Below are positions 9,622 through 19,573 of a DNA stretch of 20,000 bases, one piece after another. The DNA is from Folioceros fuciformis (taxonomy: Eukaryota). The notes below the pieces were generated by a model. It made no database searches. It worked only from the letters and a program-made list of their open reading frames with translations, and was not told the origin of the DNA. The position numbers and the translations under genes were made by a program. Positions within the stretch are counted from its first letter, which is position 1. Each line of letters begins with the position of its first letter. The DNA lies in the NCBI GenBank assembly GCA_049999805.1, contig JBNGIO010006131.1:167745-187744 (forward strand), written 5' to 3'.

Positions 9622-11439
9622 TCAGGAGTGCTCGAAACCGATAGGGTTGTGGAGTGGGATGACCTCAAACCGGTTGCCGAAGTTGATGCGCCGTGCCTTC
9701 ACTTCAATGCAAGACATTCCAAAAAACATGGAAACGAGAATATGGCGTGCCAAGCCTACTTCCTCCGCATCGTCGACCATATCAATGAAAAATTCCCCCT
9801 CCATCTCCACACCAGGATCAGTAGTGTAGCGCACTTCCCGAGCACTGGAGCTGACAATCCGCACAACCATGTGTCTCTGCCCTCTGAACTGAGGATAGAG
9901 GCTGTGCGTCACACACTGATGGATCCCGATCGCCTCCCCTTTCCTCACGAACGCACTAAAGCGGGTACCGCACCTCTTGCCCCCCGCCGTGCTCACAGCG
10001 GCGTCCTCGGGATCACCAGGCTCGAACGGCAGCAGCTCCTGGATACCGTAGGTCTTGCGGGAAACCCTAGAACCCACGGTCCGGGGAAAGAATCCGAACA
10101 GAACAGCGCCCTGGCAAACAGCGCTGCCGGCATCAGGCGGCAGGATGACGCCACCATTCAGCTCCTCCTGGAAGGCTGTCTTCACCTTGTTCCTCAGATA
10201 AGGAGACGCCGAGAAGCCGCCAACCAGCAGCACAGCCATGGTGCGCGACGTGAGCTGCTGCCGGATGAGCCCGATGCACTGCTCAACCACAGGGTCGAAG
10301 ATCAGAGCCATGTCCTCCGGTGAAATCTCCAAGTCATCGAAATCCATTCCCAAATTCCGCCTCTTCATCTCCCTCCGCAGCTTGGCCGGGATCTCGAGCT
10401 CCTGCACCTCCGGATCTTCGTCCGCTCCATACACCGCCTTGATCTCCTCCCACCTACGCAACATCACCGTTTTCACGCTCGGAGTGACGGACACCACATC
10501 ATCGAAGCAAGGGATCTTGACGCTCACAAACTTGAGAAAATTCCTGTCCACAAACGCTCCCCCACACATGTCCCCGCTGCTCTGCCGAACCTCCCGCAGC
10601 AGCAGGTCTTCCCCTTCCTGGCTCTCCTTGGTGTGCACCACGATATCCACCGTCCCCCCTCCCACATCCGCCACCAAGAATTCATCTCCCTTGGCCAGCC
10701 GCAGCTGCCGCCCCTTTGCGCAGTAGACCGACGCCGCCTCGGACTCGAGCACGATGAGCAGCGGATGCGGGCTGGCTGTTCCCGACTCCTGGGGCGGACA
10801 GAGCAGGCCAGTCACGAGCCCGGCCCGCTGCGCACAGTTCCTCATCACCTGCTTGGCCGCGTCGTCCCAGATTGCAGGCACTGTGAGGCACCACTGCACC
10901 TGCTGCGCCTTGACGTTGGCCTCCCTGTAGATTGCCTGGACGTGAGACAGCGCAAACCTGCCAATGCTGCGCAGGTAGTCGGTGATGGCCCGCACAGCCG
11001 TGACACCCGGGAGGATCTCCGCCGTCTCGGTCCCCGGCTCCGGCTCCGGCTCCGCATCCTCATTCCTCCCGCCGCGCCAGAAGCCGGATCCCCTGGATCT
11101 GAAGAGCAAACTTCCGAGCTTGCCTGGCCGCGGGGCCAAGAGGAGCTTGAATTGACTCACCAGCGCGCCGTGGGAAATGCTCATCTCCTTCTCCTTCACG
11201 TGGTGCATCGGCGCGGGCCATCCCCACAGAGTAGCCTCGTACTCAGGCGCCTCCGCTGTGCCGTTGTTGAAGTAGAAGATGCTGGTGGGCGTCTTGCAGT
11301 AGGATTTGCCAACCTGTCCCGGCCACTCGTAAAAGGTGAACACCTTGTCCGGCTCGTCTCTGTGGCCGTAAGCGAAGCCCGAGAACGTGGTCCCGAAATC
11401 CACCCCGATCACCAAACGAGCCTCCCCCCCGGCCGACAT
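9622..11439 (-). CDS. Atypical Hsp70-family (HSPA12-like) actin-like ATPase, intronless, about 605 aa
   Basis: Uninterrupted GC-rich ORF, first ATG at 11439. Motifs GVDFGTTFSGFAY, WCLTVPAIWDDAAKQVMR, LESEAAS, VADVGGGTVDI, CGGAFVDRNF, LVGGFSASPYL, AVCQGAV, SRVSRKTYGI are typical of the HSPA12/fungal-type Hsp70-like clade. No EEVD or HDEL tail. Confidence 0.92.
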   Translation of the reverse strand: MSAGGEARLVIGVDFGTTFSGFAYGHRDEPDKVFTFYEWPGQVGKSYCKTPTSIFYFNNGTAEAPEYEATLWGWPAPMHHVKEKEMSISHGALVSQFKLLLAPRPGKLGSLLFRSRGSGFWRGGRNEDAEPEPEPGTETAEILPGVTAVRAITDYLRSIGRFALSHVQAIYREANVKAQQVQWCLTVPAIWDDAAKQVMRNCAQRAGLVTGLLCPPQESGTASPHPLLIVLESEAASVYCAKGRQLRLAKGDEFLVADVGGGTVDIVVHTKESQEGEDLLLREVRQSSGDMCGGAFVDRNFLKFVSVKIPCFDDVVSVTPSVKTVMLRRWEEIKAVYGADEDPEVQELEIPAKLRREMKRRNLGMDFDDLEISPEDMALIFDPVVEQCIGLIRQQLTSRTMAVLLVGGFSASPYLRNKVKTAFQEELNGGVILPPDAGSAVCQGAVLFGFFPRTVGSRVSRKTYGIQELLPFEPGDPEDAAVSTAGGKRCGTRFSAFVRKGEAIGIHQCVTHSLYPQFRGQRHMVVRIVSSSAREVRYTTDPGVEMEGEFFIDMVDDAEEVGLARHILVSMFFGMSCIEVKARRINFGNRFEVIPLHNPIGFEHS

Positions 11440-12093
11440 TGCGGCAGAGTCGATGCGAGGCAACTCACCTCACTCCCCTCTTCGAAGGGACAGTTTTTGT
11501 AAGGTGCGAATTGAGTCATGCCACCGCGGATGCGGGCTGGGCGGCTTTTTGTTTAAACAACTCACGACTATGTCAAAGTGCTACAGCAGGTAATCGCGCA
11601 CCAACTCCCAGGATAAGGCAAATGCGATCCTACTCGCAACAATTGCCTCCACCCGCCGCACGCAGATTCCTGCGGGAGACTCCAGCACAGCTCCAATCGC
11701 AATCTTTCTTCACGGCTTCCTCACCTAGCTTGTAAATTGCGTCTTCCCGTTTCCCCGTGTGCGGAATGCTGCAGCTGTTTCTTGTTTGCTTGCTGCCAGG
11801 CACTGGTTGCAATTTTGACAGCTTGGTCTAGCCTGCTGCAACTTGTGTGCGGACCTGATCCATTTGCTTGTTGTGTTGTCACCTTAGAATGCCCTCGGTC
11901 CCGGGTGGTGTCTTTCCTCTGCCAGACTACAGCTAGCTAGCGCACCGCACGTGTGCCTGCTAAGACTACCTAGGGTCGAAGCCTCGGCCCGAATTTGATG
12001 TGGCAGGCTGTTGCAGGAAGGGATCCCGAATTTCGCTGACAAGTGTTGGAGTGGGTGGTTGTGTGGCTCCAGGAAACCGCAGACAGAGGAGCC

Positions 12094-13984
12094 ATGAAGA
12101 CGCTCAAAACGATATTCAGAATGGACAAGAAGCCCAAGAACCCTGGACATCTGGAGTCGGGCTATGGCATCATAGAGAACGAGGTACCACTGTCCTGGAG
12201 TTGGATGGCTTATCACCTCTGGCAATGCTTTGCGGAGCTAGGAAGAAGCGCACTTCCTGGATTGCCGACTGACCAGTGTGCTTCTCTTTTGCAACATGTA
12301 GTCGTTTCTGCCATCGTCGTCATTAAGGGAGCCTTACACTTCATCTACCGCAACTCAGTTCACGGCGACCCAACCCTTACCAGCTTTGGTGCAGAAGTCG
12401 GCTCCACTGAGACCCGCCCAGATAGATGGAAAAGTGTTCGGGGGTATGGTCCCGAGGCTGGGCCAGGTGTCTATTCAGTATCTATCTGCGCTGGATAATC
12501 TTGAAGCTGGATGCCAGAAAATGATAGAGTTGGCCTCCCAGGCTAGGCAGGATCACGAGTTCAAATGTAGAGGTGTGGTGGAGTTACCGGCCAGGACAGC
12601 TGATGGCGTGATTGTGCAGGCTCGGATTTCAGAACGGGAGGGGAGGGGAGAAGGGTGGGAGGGTACGAAGAAAAGCAGGTACTATCTTCCTGCCAGAGTA
12701 CCAGTTGCCCAGGGCTACGGTCACCCTCTGAGCCGAATAACCCAGATTCAGCAAAACCACCATCGGCGTACAGGCTCGTGGGATGAGAGCGCTCACCACA
12801 CCGGGCAGCGAGAAGGAACAGATGATGAGCTGTCTAATCTGAAACAATGGAGCAACCGCACTGCAGAGATTGTGTTGGAGATTGTGGAGCATCACAGGCA
12901 GCTGCAGCTGCTGCTGGCGCTGCCGGAGGTGCAGCAGGCACGGCAGAATCGCTACTCGCACGCCAGTGTCACGGAGTTGAGGCAAGAGGTCCAAAGTCGC
13001 GCTGGCCGAGTGCAGTCTTTCGATTTGAGATTGCACACGCCTGATAGGATGAGGAAGGACTCTTTCGATTGGAGAGGCCAATATGAGATCTCTAACCATG
13101 ATCAGTACGGGTCTCCGATCGGGACCGCATCGCCGAAGCGGAATGAGCAGGAGGCAGCCTACCAGGAGGCATGGAATACCAGGAACGGTGAGGACGAAAT
13201 TTCAAAGCTGAAGGAGGAGATTAGGGCTGGGCAGCAGCAGGTGCAAACGCTGACGAGGTTGGTGGAACAGGATACCGCAAGAAAGTCGAGGGCCGGAGCT
13301 TACACGGATGGTGAAGCAACACCTGCGCAGCTGGATGATCATGTGAGGATCGTGAAAGACAAGCTGCTGCTGTTTGCCAAGGAGTATGTGACGGTGATGG
13401 AGAAAGCGGGGTTGGCCTATGGAGATTCCCAACTGATCAGGAGGGCGAGATTGGCACGGACGACCCACCGCAAGTACCTCGCGGCCCATGCCATATCGAC
13501 TGTCATGTTTCAAGGGTTCGAAGTTGATGGGTTTTGCGGGCCCGGGCCTTTGGATGTGGACAAGACACGCGAAGCCTTCTTCGAGGAATTCCAACAGCTC
13601 AATTCCAACAAAACAGTGGTGGACCTGAATTCGGCCAACTCCAGCAGCAAGATTGTGCAATTTGCTAGTAGCAAGTTCTTCAGCATTACCCCTAGGCAGC
13701 TTGTCCCGACATGTCAACAAACTCACCACCCCTACTACAGAAGGTTCGTCGCTCTTGCAACCGCATTATGGTTGCTGCAAAGGTTGGCTCTCTCCTTTCT
13801 GCCCGTCGCAAAGATCTTCCGAGTGGATAGTGGAGCAGACTTCAATGCTTCGTTCATGACTAACATTGTGGATGAAGACGAACATGCTTTCCTTCCCAAA
13901 GTGGCCTTCATGGTTCTTCCGGGCTTCCATGTAGGGAAAGTCGTCATAAGAAGTGAGGTGTACTCTCAAATTTCTGCATCCTGA
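12094..13984 (+). CDS. GIL1/IRK-interacting-protein family coiled-coil protein (predicted exons 12094-12183 and 12395-13984, about 559 aa)
   Basis: C-terminal half matches the plant GIL1/IRKI pattern: HRKY...MFQGFE...F, FFEEFQQL, FVALATALWLLQRLALSF.P...IFRVDSGADFNASFM, VAFMVLPGFHVGKVVIRSEVY. Coiled-coil segments upstream (ISKLKEEIRAGQQQVQTL). ATG 12094 in GCCATG context, donor GAG|GTACCA (12184) and acceptor GGTGCAG|AAG (12394) give a phase-0 intron that joins the two ORF-track frames. Confidence 0.85.
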
Positions 13985-14298
13985 AGTTGCTCATCTTCTC
14001 CGGGAGACGATTGTGTGGAGCAGTCAAATTTTATGTATCTGGCGTCAGGAATGAGAAAGGGCTTGCAGATTTGTGGGAGCCTGTGATAGTTCCTTCCTAG
14101 CTATGTAATTATGAATTGCGCACGCACACACCACACTTGTAGGAGGAGATAATAAGAGGTTGCTTCTCCACGTGCAGTTCGAATTGAATGGCTAGCTCCC
14201 CCAGCCCTCTTCCTTCGCTTCTTCAGGCCACAGAGACATGTATGGCGTCGTATACTTTTGCACTGCCGCATCAGGCCTCTGATTGCGCAAGCCAACCG

Positions 14299-16158
14299 TT
14301 AAACGACGGGTGCATCGAGTGTCAAGCCGACGACATCGTGCATTACAACCACCTCATTCCGATCCCCAAAATTCAGGCGCCTAGCCTTAACCTCAATACA
14401 CGACAATCCAAAGTACATGGACAGCTCCACTTCCCTGTTCAGATCCAGTTTCGTAGGATCGTCAGATATGTCCATGCTGAAGGTAGCCTCCAGCTTCACT
14501 CCCGCGTCGCTGGTGTAGCGCACCTCTTGTTCCTCCGAGCTATAGATGTTGATGTTGAGGGTATTGAGGCCACACACCGAGGGGCTTCCCCTGTACTTGA
14601 CGTAGTGCTCGATGGGGATTTCCTGACCTTTCCGGACGTAGGGCGTGAAGGTGTTGATGCAGTAGGCCTTTCCCTGCGACATGGTCTTGTAAGCAGGGGG
14701 ATCCCCAGGCTGGAACGGACGCATCTGCTGGATCCCGTACGTCTTGCGGCTAATCCTGGAGGTGACCACCTCTGGCACCAAGCCGAAGAAGACGGCCCCC
14801 TGGCACACAGCGCTGCCGGGATCTGGGGGGGTCACAATCCGATCAGCCAGCTGCCGGGCGAGGGCCTCCTTCACTCTGAACCTGAGATACGGCGAGCAAG
14901 AGAAGCCACCAACCAGCAGCAGCATCTTCACCTGCGGAGTCACCCGCTCCCGGATCAACGCAATGATCCTGTCCACCACCGGGTCGAAAAGGGCCCGCAT
15001 ATCAATCGCCGTGATCACCATCTCGTTGTAGTTCTCAGACTGGTACCCTATTCTCTCATCGTAGGCCTTCCAGGCCCGGGACACGTTGGAGGGAATTTCA
15101 AAGTCCTCCGGCCCCCACTGGTCATCTCCATCGAATGACACCTTCAGGTCCACCCATCGTTTCAGCACCTTGGTGAGAGTAGCAGGAACCCGGTGCACCT
15201 CGTCCAGGAAGCAGGGAATCCTTTGGCTCAGAAGTCCCAGAAAGCCCTGGTCCACATGCGTCCCCCCGAAGAGATCCCCCGAGCTCTGCGACTTCTCCTG
15301 CAGCCGGAGGTCGGAATTGCTGTCGTTCTGCTTGGTGTGCACCACGATGTCGGTGGTCCCGCCCCCCACGTCCGCCACCAGGAACTGGTCCCCCTTCCGG
15401 AGATCGAATTGGGAGGATTTGCGCGCGCAGTACACGGACGCCGCCTCCGACTCCAGCACGCTCAGCAGCGGGAACGGGCTGGCGCTCGCCACTCTCTCCA
15501 GGGGGCAGAAAGGCCCGGTGGCCAATCCCGCCATCTGGGCGCACCTGCGCATGGTCTGCTTGGCTGAATCGTCCCATATGGCGGGCACGGTGAGACACCA
15601 CTGAATGTCCCTGGACGCGATGTGAGGCCCGTACTTGTCCCTCAGGTGCTCGATCACATACTCCGCTATCTTCAACAGGTATTCGGTGATGCAGTCCGCT
15701 ACGGTGATCCCCTCCGGCAACCTGGCCAAGGCATCCAGCTCCCCTTGCTGCGCCCTCCTCCATGGTCCCTCCGCAGCCAGATGGAGCTTGAATTTGAAGA
15801 GGAAGACGCCGGCGCTCTCTACACCTCCCCCGGGCCGCCCCGCCCGATTCCTGAGCTGCCTTAAGTGCGCCTGCTGCGCCCCCCAGCCCCAATGCGTAGC
15901 CCTGTACTCGGCCCCAGGCCGCTCTCGCACGTAGTACAGGCTCGTCTGCGTCTTGCAGTAGCTCTTCTCCTGCCCTGGCCACTCGTAGTGGCAGAACACC
16001 TTATCCGGCTCGTCTCTGTGCGCGAACGCAAAGCCCGAGAATGTGGTCCCGAAATCCAATCCCACTACGATCTTGGCCTCCCCACTGTCATGCGACACGC
16101 TGGTACTCGTACTCGTTCCTGCGCCTATCTTCGACTTCCCTTTCCGGTAGGCCGCCAT
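14299..16158 (-). CDS. Second atypical Hsp70-family (HSPA12-like) ATPase, intronless, about 619 aa; paralog of 9622-11439
   Basis: Uninterrupted ORF, first ATG at 16158. GLDFGTTFSGFAF, WCLTVPAIWDDSAKQTMR, LESEAAS, VADVGGGTTDI, LVGGFSCSPYL, SRISRKTYGI; collinear with the first copy to the C-terminus (SMYFGLSCIEVKARRLNFG vs SMFFGMSCIEVKARRINFG). Confidence 0.92.
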   Translation of the reverse strand: MAAYRKGKSKIGAGTSTSTSVSHDSGEAKIVVGLDFGTTFSGFAFAHRDEPDKVFCHYEWPGQEKSYCKTQTSLYYVRERPGAEYRATHWGWGAQQAHLRQLRNRAGRPGGGVESAGVFLFKFKLHLAAEGPWRRAQQGELDALARLPEGITVADCITEYLLKIAEYVIEHLRDKYGPHIASRDIQWCLTVPAIWDDSAKQTMRRCAQMAGLATGPFCPLERVASASPFPLLSVLESEAASVYCARKSSQFDLRKGDQFLVADVGGGTTDIVVHTKQNDSNSDLRLQEKSQSSGDLFGGTHVDQGFLGLLSQRIPCFLDEVHRVPATLTKVLKRWVDLKVSFDGDDQWGPEDFEIPSNVSRAWKAYDERIGYQSENYNEMVITAIDMRALFDPVVDRIIALIRERVTPQVKMLLLVGGFSCSPYLRFRVKEALARQLADRIVTPPDPGSAVCQGAVFFGLVPEVVTSRISRKTYGIQQMRPFQPGDPPAYKTMSQGKAYCINTFTPYVRKGQEIPIEHYVKYRGSPSVCGLNTLNINIYSSEEQEVRYTSDAGVKLEATFSMDISDDPTKLDLNREVELSMYFGLSCIEVKARRLNFGDRNEVVVMHDVVGLTLDAPVV

Positions 16159-17972
16159 CAATGACACAGGTGGCAGCTCCTCACATCAGCAGCTAGCGAG
16201 CCTGGTCTGGATCTTGGGAAAACCGGGTTGGTCTGTCCACTCTGGTATCACGCACTTGCCCTATTCGTATGCTTCAAGGGGCTCTTGCTCGAACAGGGCG
16301 CAGTGGGAGTCCCGCCGTATTGGGGGCGGAGATTGGGCCCCGCCTGCTCCGAACTGGTGAAGACCTCCCTTGGACACTACTTTTGCGCGTCCAGTGACCT
16401 GTCAGTGACCAGTACATTGCCGGGCTACATCAGGTGACAGCTTTTATTTGGCCCAAATCTCCGCGGGGTTTGTGGCGTGCCTGGTGAGTGAAGAGTAGGC
16501 AGTCCGGTGCGCACACAGCCTCATGTCCTGTGCCCGCCAGCCTTTTGAGATAACCATCCTCAGGAGCTTGACTGATTCTGGATTCCTGTTCACCTTCCTC
16601 TTCGTCGCCAGGAAGAGTCAAAAGGTACGGTACGCGTCCATTCGTGGAAAACGCTGCTGGTGCAAGGATATCCATGTCCTCGAGATCTGCAAGGCGCACC
16701 TTAACGCACATGAACGTCTTGCGTCTTGATTCAAAGCTTAAGGCCATCTTGGAATAAAGCAATTCAGGGTTTGCAATCTGTTGGTTCACAGAGTTGCATT
16801 GCAACTGCGTGTGTTGTTTATTGAACCCCTGAGTCTGACAAACACATCGAGGTGGGGCACTGGGATATCGATGCACATCTACAATCTTAACCATATCCCG
16901 ATCGTCGAATTCTGCGCCACACCGAGTGTAGCGTTAAGGGGGAAATGACACGGCCAGCCTGTGCAATTGCGGCACTGCAATAGCATGATGTACAAACGTC
17001 TTCACGATGTCAAGCTCCCCACTCGCTTCCTCCAACAGGTCGAATTTCCTGAAAGTTCAAGTTCTCCGTTCCTTGTCCAAGTTCTCGACTGGTGGCAAAT
17101 AGTGGAGGTCACTTGTGACACACCCACATACACAGGATGTCTGTGATCAGTAATGGGAAAGACTAGAAAGAACTGGGGGCATGGCATCTCTGGAGCGGCA
17201 GTTACCACATGAGTTACTGGCAGCCATTCTCAAGTTGAAGGCAGGCGATGGGAAAGGGGACCCAAGAAAATCTACCATCACGTGACGGCCGGTGAGGACA
17301 CCAACTGTAGGGTATAAGATTTCTTCAAACTTCCACGAGAAGGGTTATATTTCATCACAACGGACTCACTCCAGACTCACTCACAACCATCAAGTGCTGA
17401 TTTGATCAGCACTTGATGACAGCTGTCCCTCGCTGCAGTGAGACGCCATCGCCGTTCAGGACACCCGGGAAACCGGAGCAAAGGGGCCCGCAGAGAGCAC
17501 CAAATTTGGTATCTATTTATGTCATCCTTGCCACTTGCAGTTCCTCCTCCCTCCTGGAAGGGAGCACTCCAACTTGACACAGTCAAGCGTGCGACGGACG
17601 ACTCCGAGGGTGGGTTCGCATGCATGCTCACCCCGAACCTTGAAACCTAGTACGGCATTCGCATGTGGTGCCCAAATGACCGACATCGTGCCGGTCCACT
17701 TCGAAGTCACCGCCTCGTGTGAGTTTCAAAGGTGGCGTGAACGGTTTTGGCTTGGGCACCGTTATTGGGATCCCGATATCTACCCCCGGGCCCGTCAGAG
17801 GGCTTCAGTTCATGTGCTCGAATCGAAGCGAGAGTGAAGGTACGTCTTGCACAGCGGTTCCATTATGGTCTTTTTTGCATTTTAATTATATTTTATGCAT
17901 AGATAAATTAGTATTTTAGAGAAATAATATTGTATTTTTAATTGGCAGGATTGCTTTAAACCATATTTGAAG

Positions 17973-19136
17973 ATGGACCCCAACAACGTGGTTGCATACA
18001 CTATAATTAAGGCGTTGGCTTATTTATTAGGTGATACTAAATATTTGCTAGAATCATTTGATTTACTTCCAAGTTTCATGGTTGGCATACATTATGGTGC
18101 ATATTATGTGAAGCCAAGGATTCATGACTTGTAGGCAACATGAACAGTTATAGCTTTGCAGGATCAAAGAAGATTCACAAGGTTTTTTAGGTTTAGATGC
18201 ACAACGTTCAACTACTTGTGCAACATGGTGCAAGAGGGCTTGCAACCTAAATAAGTGCCAAGCTGCTCATAAATTGCTAGTAGACTTTTGGAGGTGGAAA
18301 AGCAAGTTGCTATAGCCCTTAAGCAGGTTGGCTATAGGAGATTCTTACAACTCCATTGGAGAGTCCTTTTGAGTGGGTAGTGCTATAACATGTGAAGTTT
18401 CCTATAGATTTAACGCAACCATTATTCAAAGAAGTGAACACCACATACAATGGCCTTCTAGGATGAGCATGCACATGGTTAAAGCAGGATTTCAATGAAA
18501 ATGGGAAATTATTAATTGTTGTGGTGCTATTTGTGCTACTCACTTTCAGATGCAACTTGGTGTAGGAGACAATGCTAGGGGATTTACAGGTAGGTATAAA
18601 GACTTTACCATGGTTATGCAAGCTATTGTCGGTCTTGACCAACTGTTTTTTGATGTCTTAACAAGGTGGCTCGGTGTAGCAAACGACACCAAGATTTTCT
18701 ACAATAATGAAGTTTATAGGCTGGCTAATAAAGGGCAGTGTTTAGCAAGACCAAGTTTAATTTTGAATGGGCAACCAATGTTGCATCCAAGTCATGGATT
18801 ACAACCAGAGATGGATGCATTCAGTTTCAAGCATTCTTCAACCAGAATGGTAGTGGAAGGTGCTTTTAGTGCTCTGGAAAATGTATGGAGAATTTTGGGT
18901 CGTAGTGTGTGATGAGGAAATACCAAGTACTTTATTTAATCTTCATATATTTGTACAATTTTACATAACATAGAATTAGCAATGCCAATGAACTCGACCC
19001 ACATCTTCTAGCGGCAAATGACCAAGAATTGGGATCTTGCACTAGGCAAGCTCGACAAAGTTTACCTCCAAACAATCTAGAAGGGAATAGATTGCGAGTT
19101 CTATTGACATGGCATTTGTGGAAAGATCATCCATGA
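17973..19136 (+). pseudogene. Second, more decayed PIF/Harbinger transposase remnant
   Basis: AT-rich segment with fragments LEVEKQVAIALK, CGAICATHF (degenerate GAIDxTH), MVMQAIVGLDQLFFDV, AFSFKHSSTRMVVEGAFSALENVWRIL and ICTILHNI. Many stops and frameshifts; the GDSAY region is missing. Boundaries approximate. Confidence 0.8.
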
Positions 19137-19460
19137 CAAATAAGAGAGGTATGTAAATGTGTGATGAACCATGTTATTGTGAATTATGGGAATTCCGAAC
19201 TAGTAGTCAAATATGTCCTTTAGTTATGCTAGCTACTTCAATAATAGAAGCTCCTATACTTTAAATACTTGCTGAAATATCACTTACAGCACAAATGTAT
19301 TCTTAACCTAGTTCAGAATTAGCTACCGGATTTTTTCTCCTCGGCATATAGTTGAAGTTTCTAGCGTTCAAACCCTATGATTTCTATATGCCTATTTTGA
19401 TGTTGCGCCCCTACTTCTTTGGAACATCTACAATAGCAACATTGTCTTTTCCAGAACTGG

Positions 19461-19495
19461 AAGGAGACTAGACATCAAGGAGACTAGACATCAAG
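19461..19495. repeat. 16-bp direct tandem duplication
   Basis: AAGGAGACTAGACATC x2 followed by AAG. Confidence 0.85.
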
Positions 19496-19573
19496 TTATC
19501 TGTTCGTGTTTTATGATTTAACCCTATACATAGGGTGGCTTTATTAATACCACTTGGTTTCAAGGAATCCCCT

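Noticed and set aside
11463-11470. Consensus splice donor (AG|GTGAGT, minus strand) just upstream of the first Hsp70-like ATG
   Set aside because: Using it would remove the ATG and probably the N-terminal phosphate-1 motif; no suitable acceptor is evident, so treated as chance pending RNA-seq.
9577-11502. Long plus-strand ORFs (9577..10323, 10238..10726, 10633..11502) opposite the first Hsp70-like gene
   Set aside because: Antisense shadows of a GC-rich coding sequence; no recognisable domain. Long antisense ORFs are a known artefact of Hsp70-type genes.
12043-12498. Separate 151-aa protein overlapping the GIL1/IRKI-like ORF
   Set aside because: Better explained as exon 1 (12094-12183) plus read-through into a phase-0 intron.
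14188-16164. Plus-strand ORF 14188..15138 and other overlapping frames, similar to 9577..10323
   Set aside because: Their mutual similarity is explained by conservation of the sense-strand paralogs; not independent genes.
16961-17919. Several short ORFs upstream of the second Hsp70-like gene, checked as a possible second head-to-head GIL1/IRKI-like partner
   Set aside because: No similarity to the 12094-13984 protein or any recognisable family in the frames examined.
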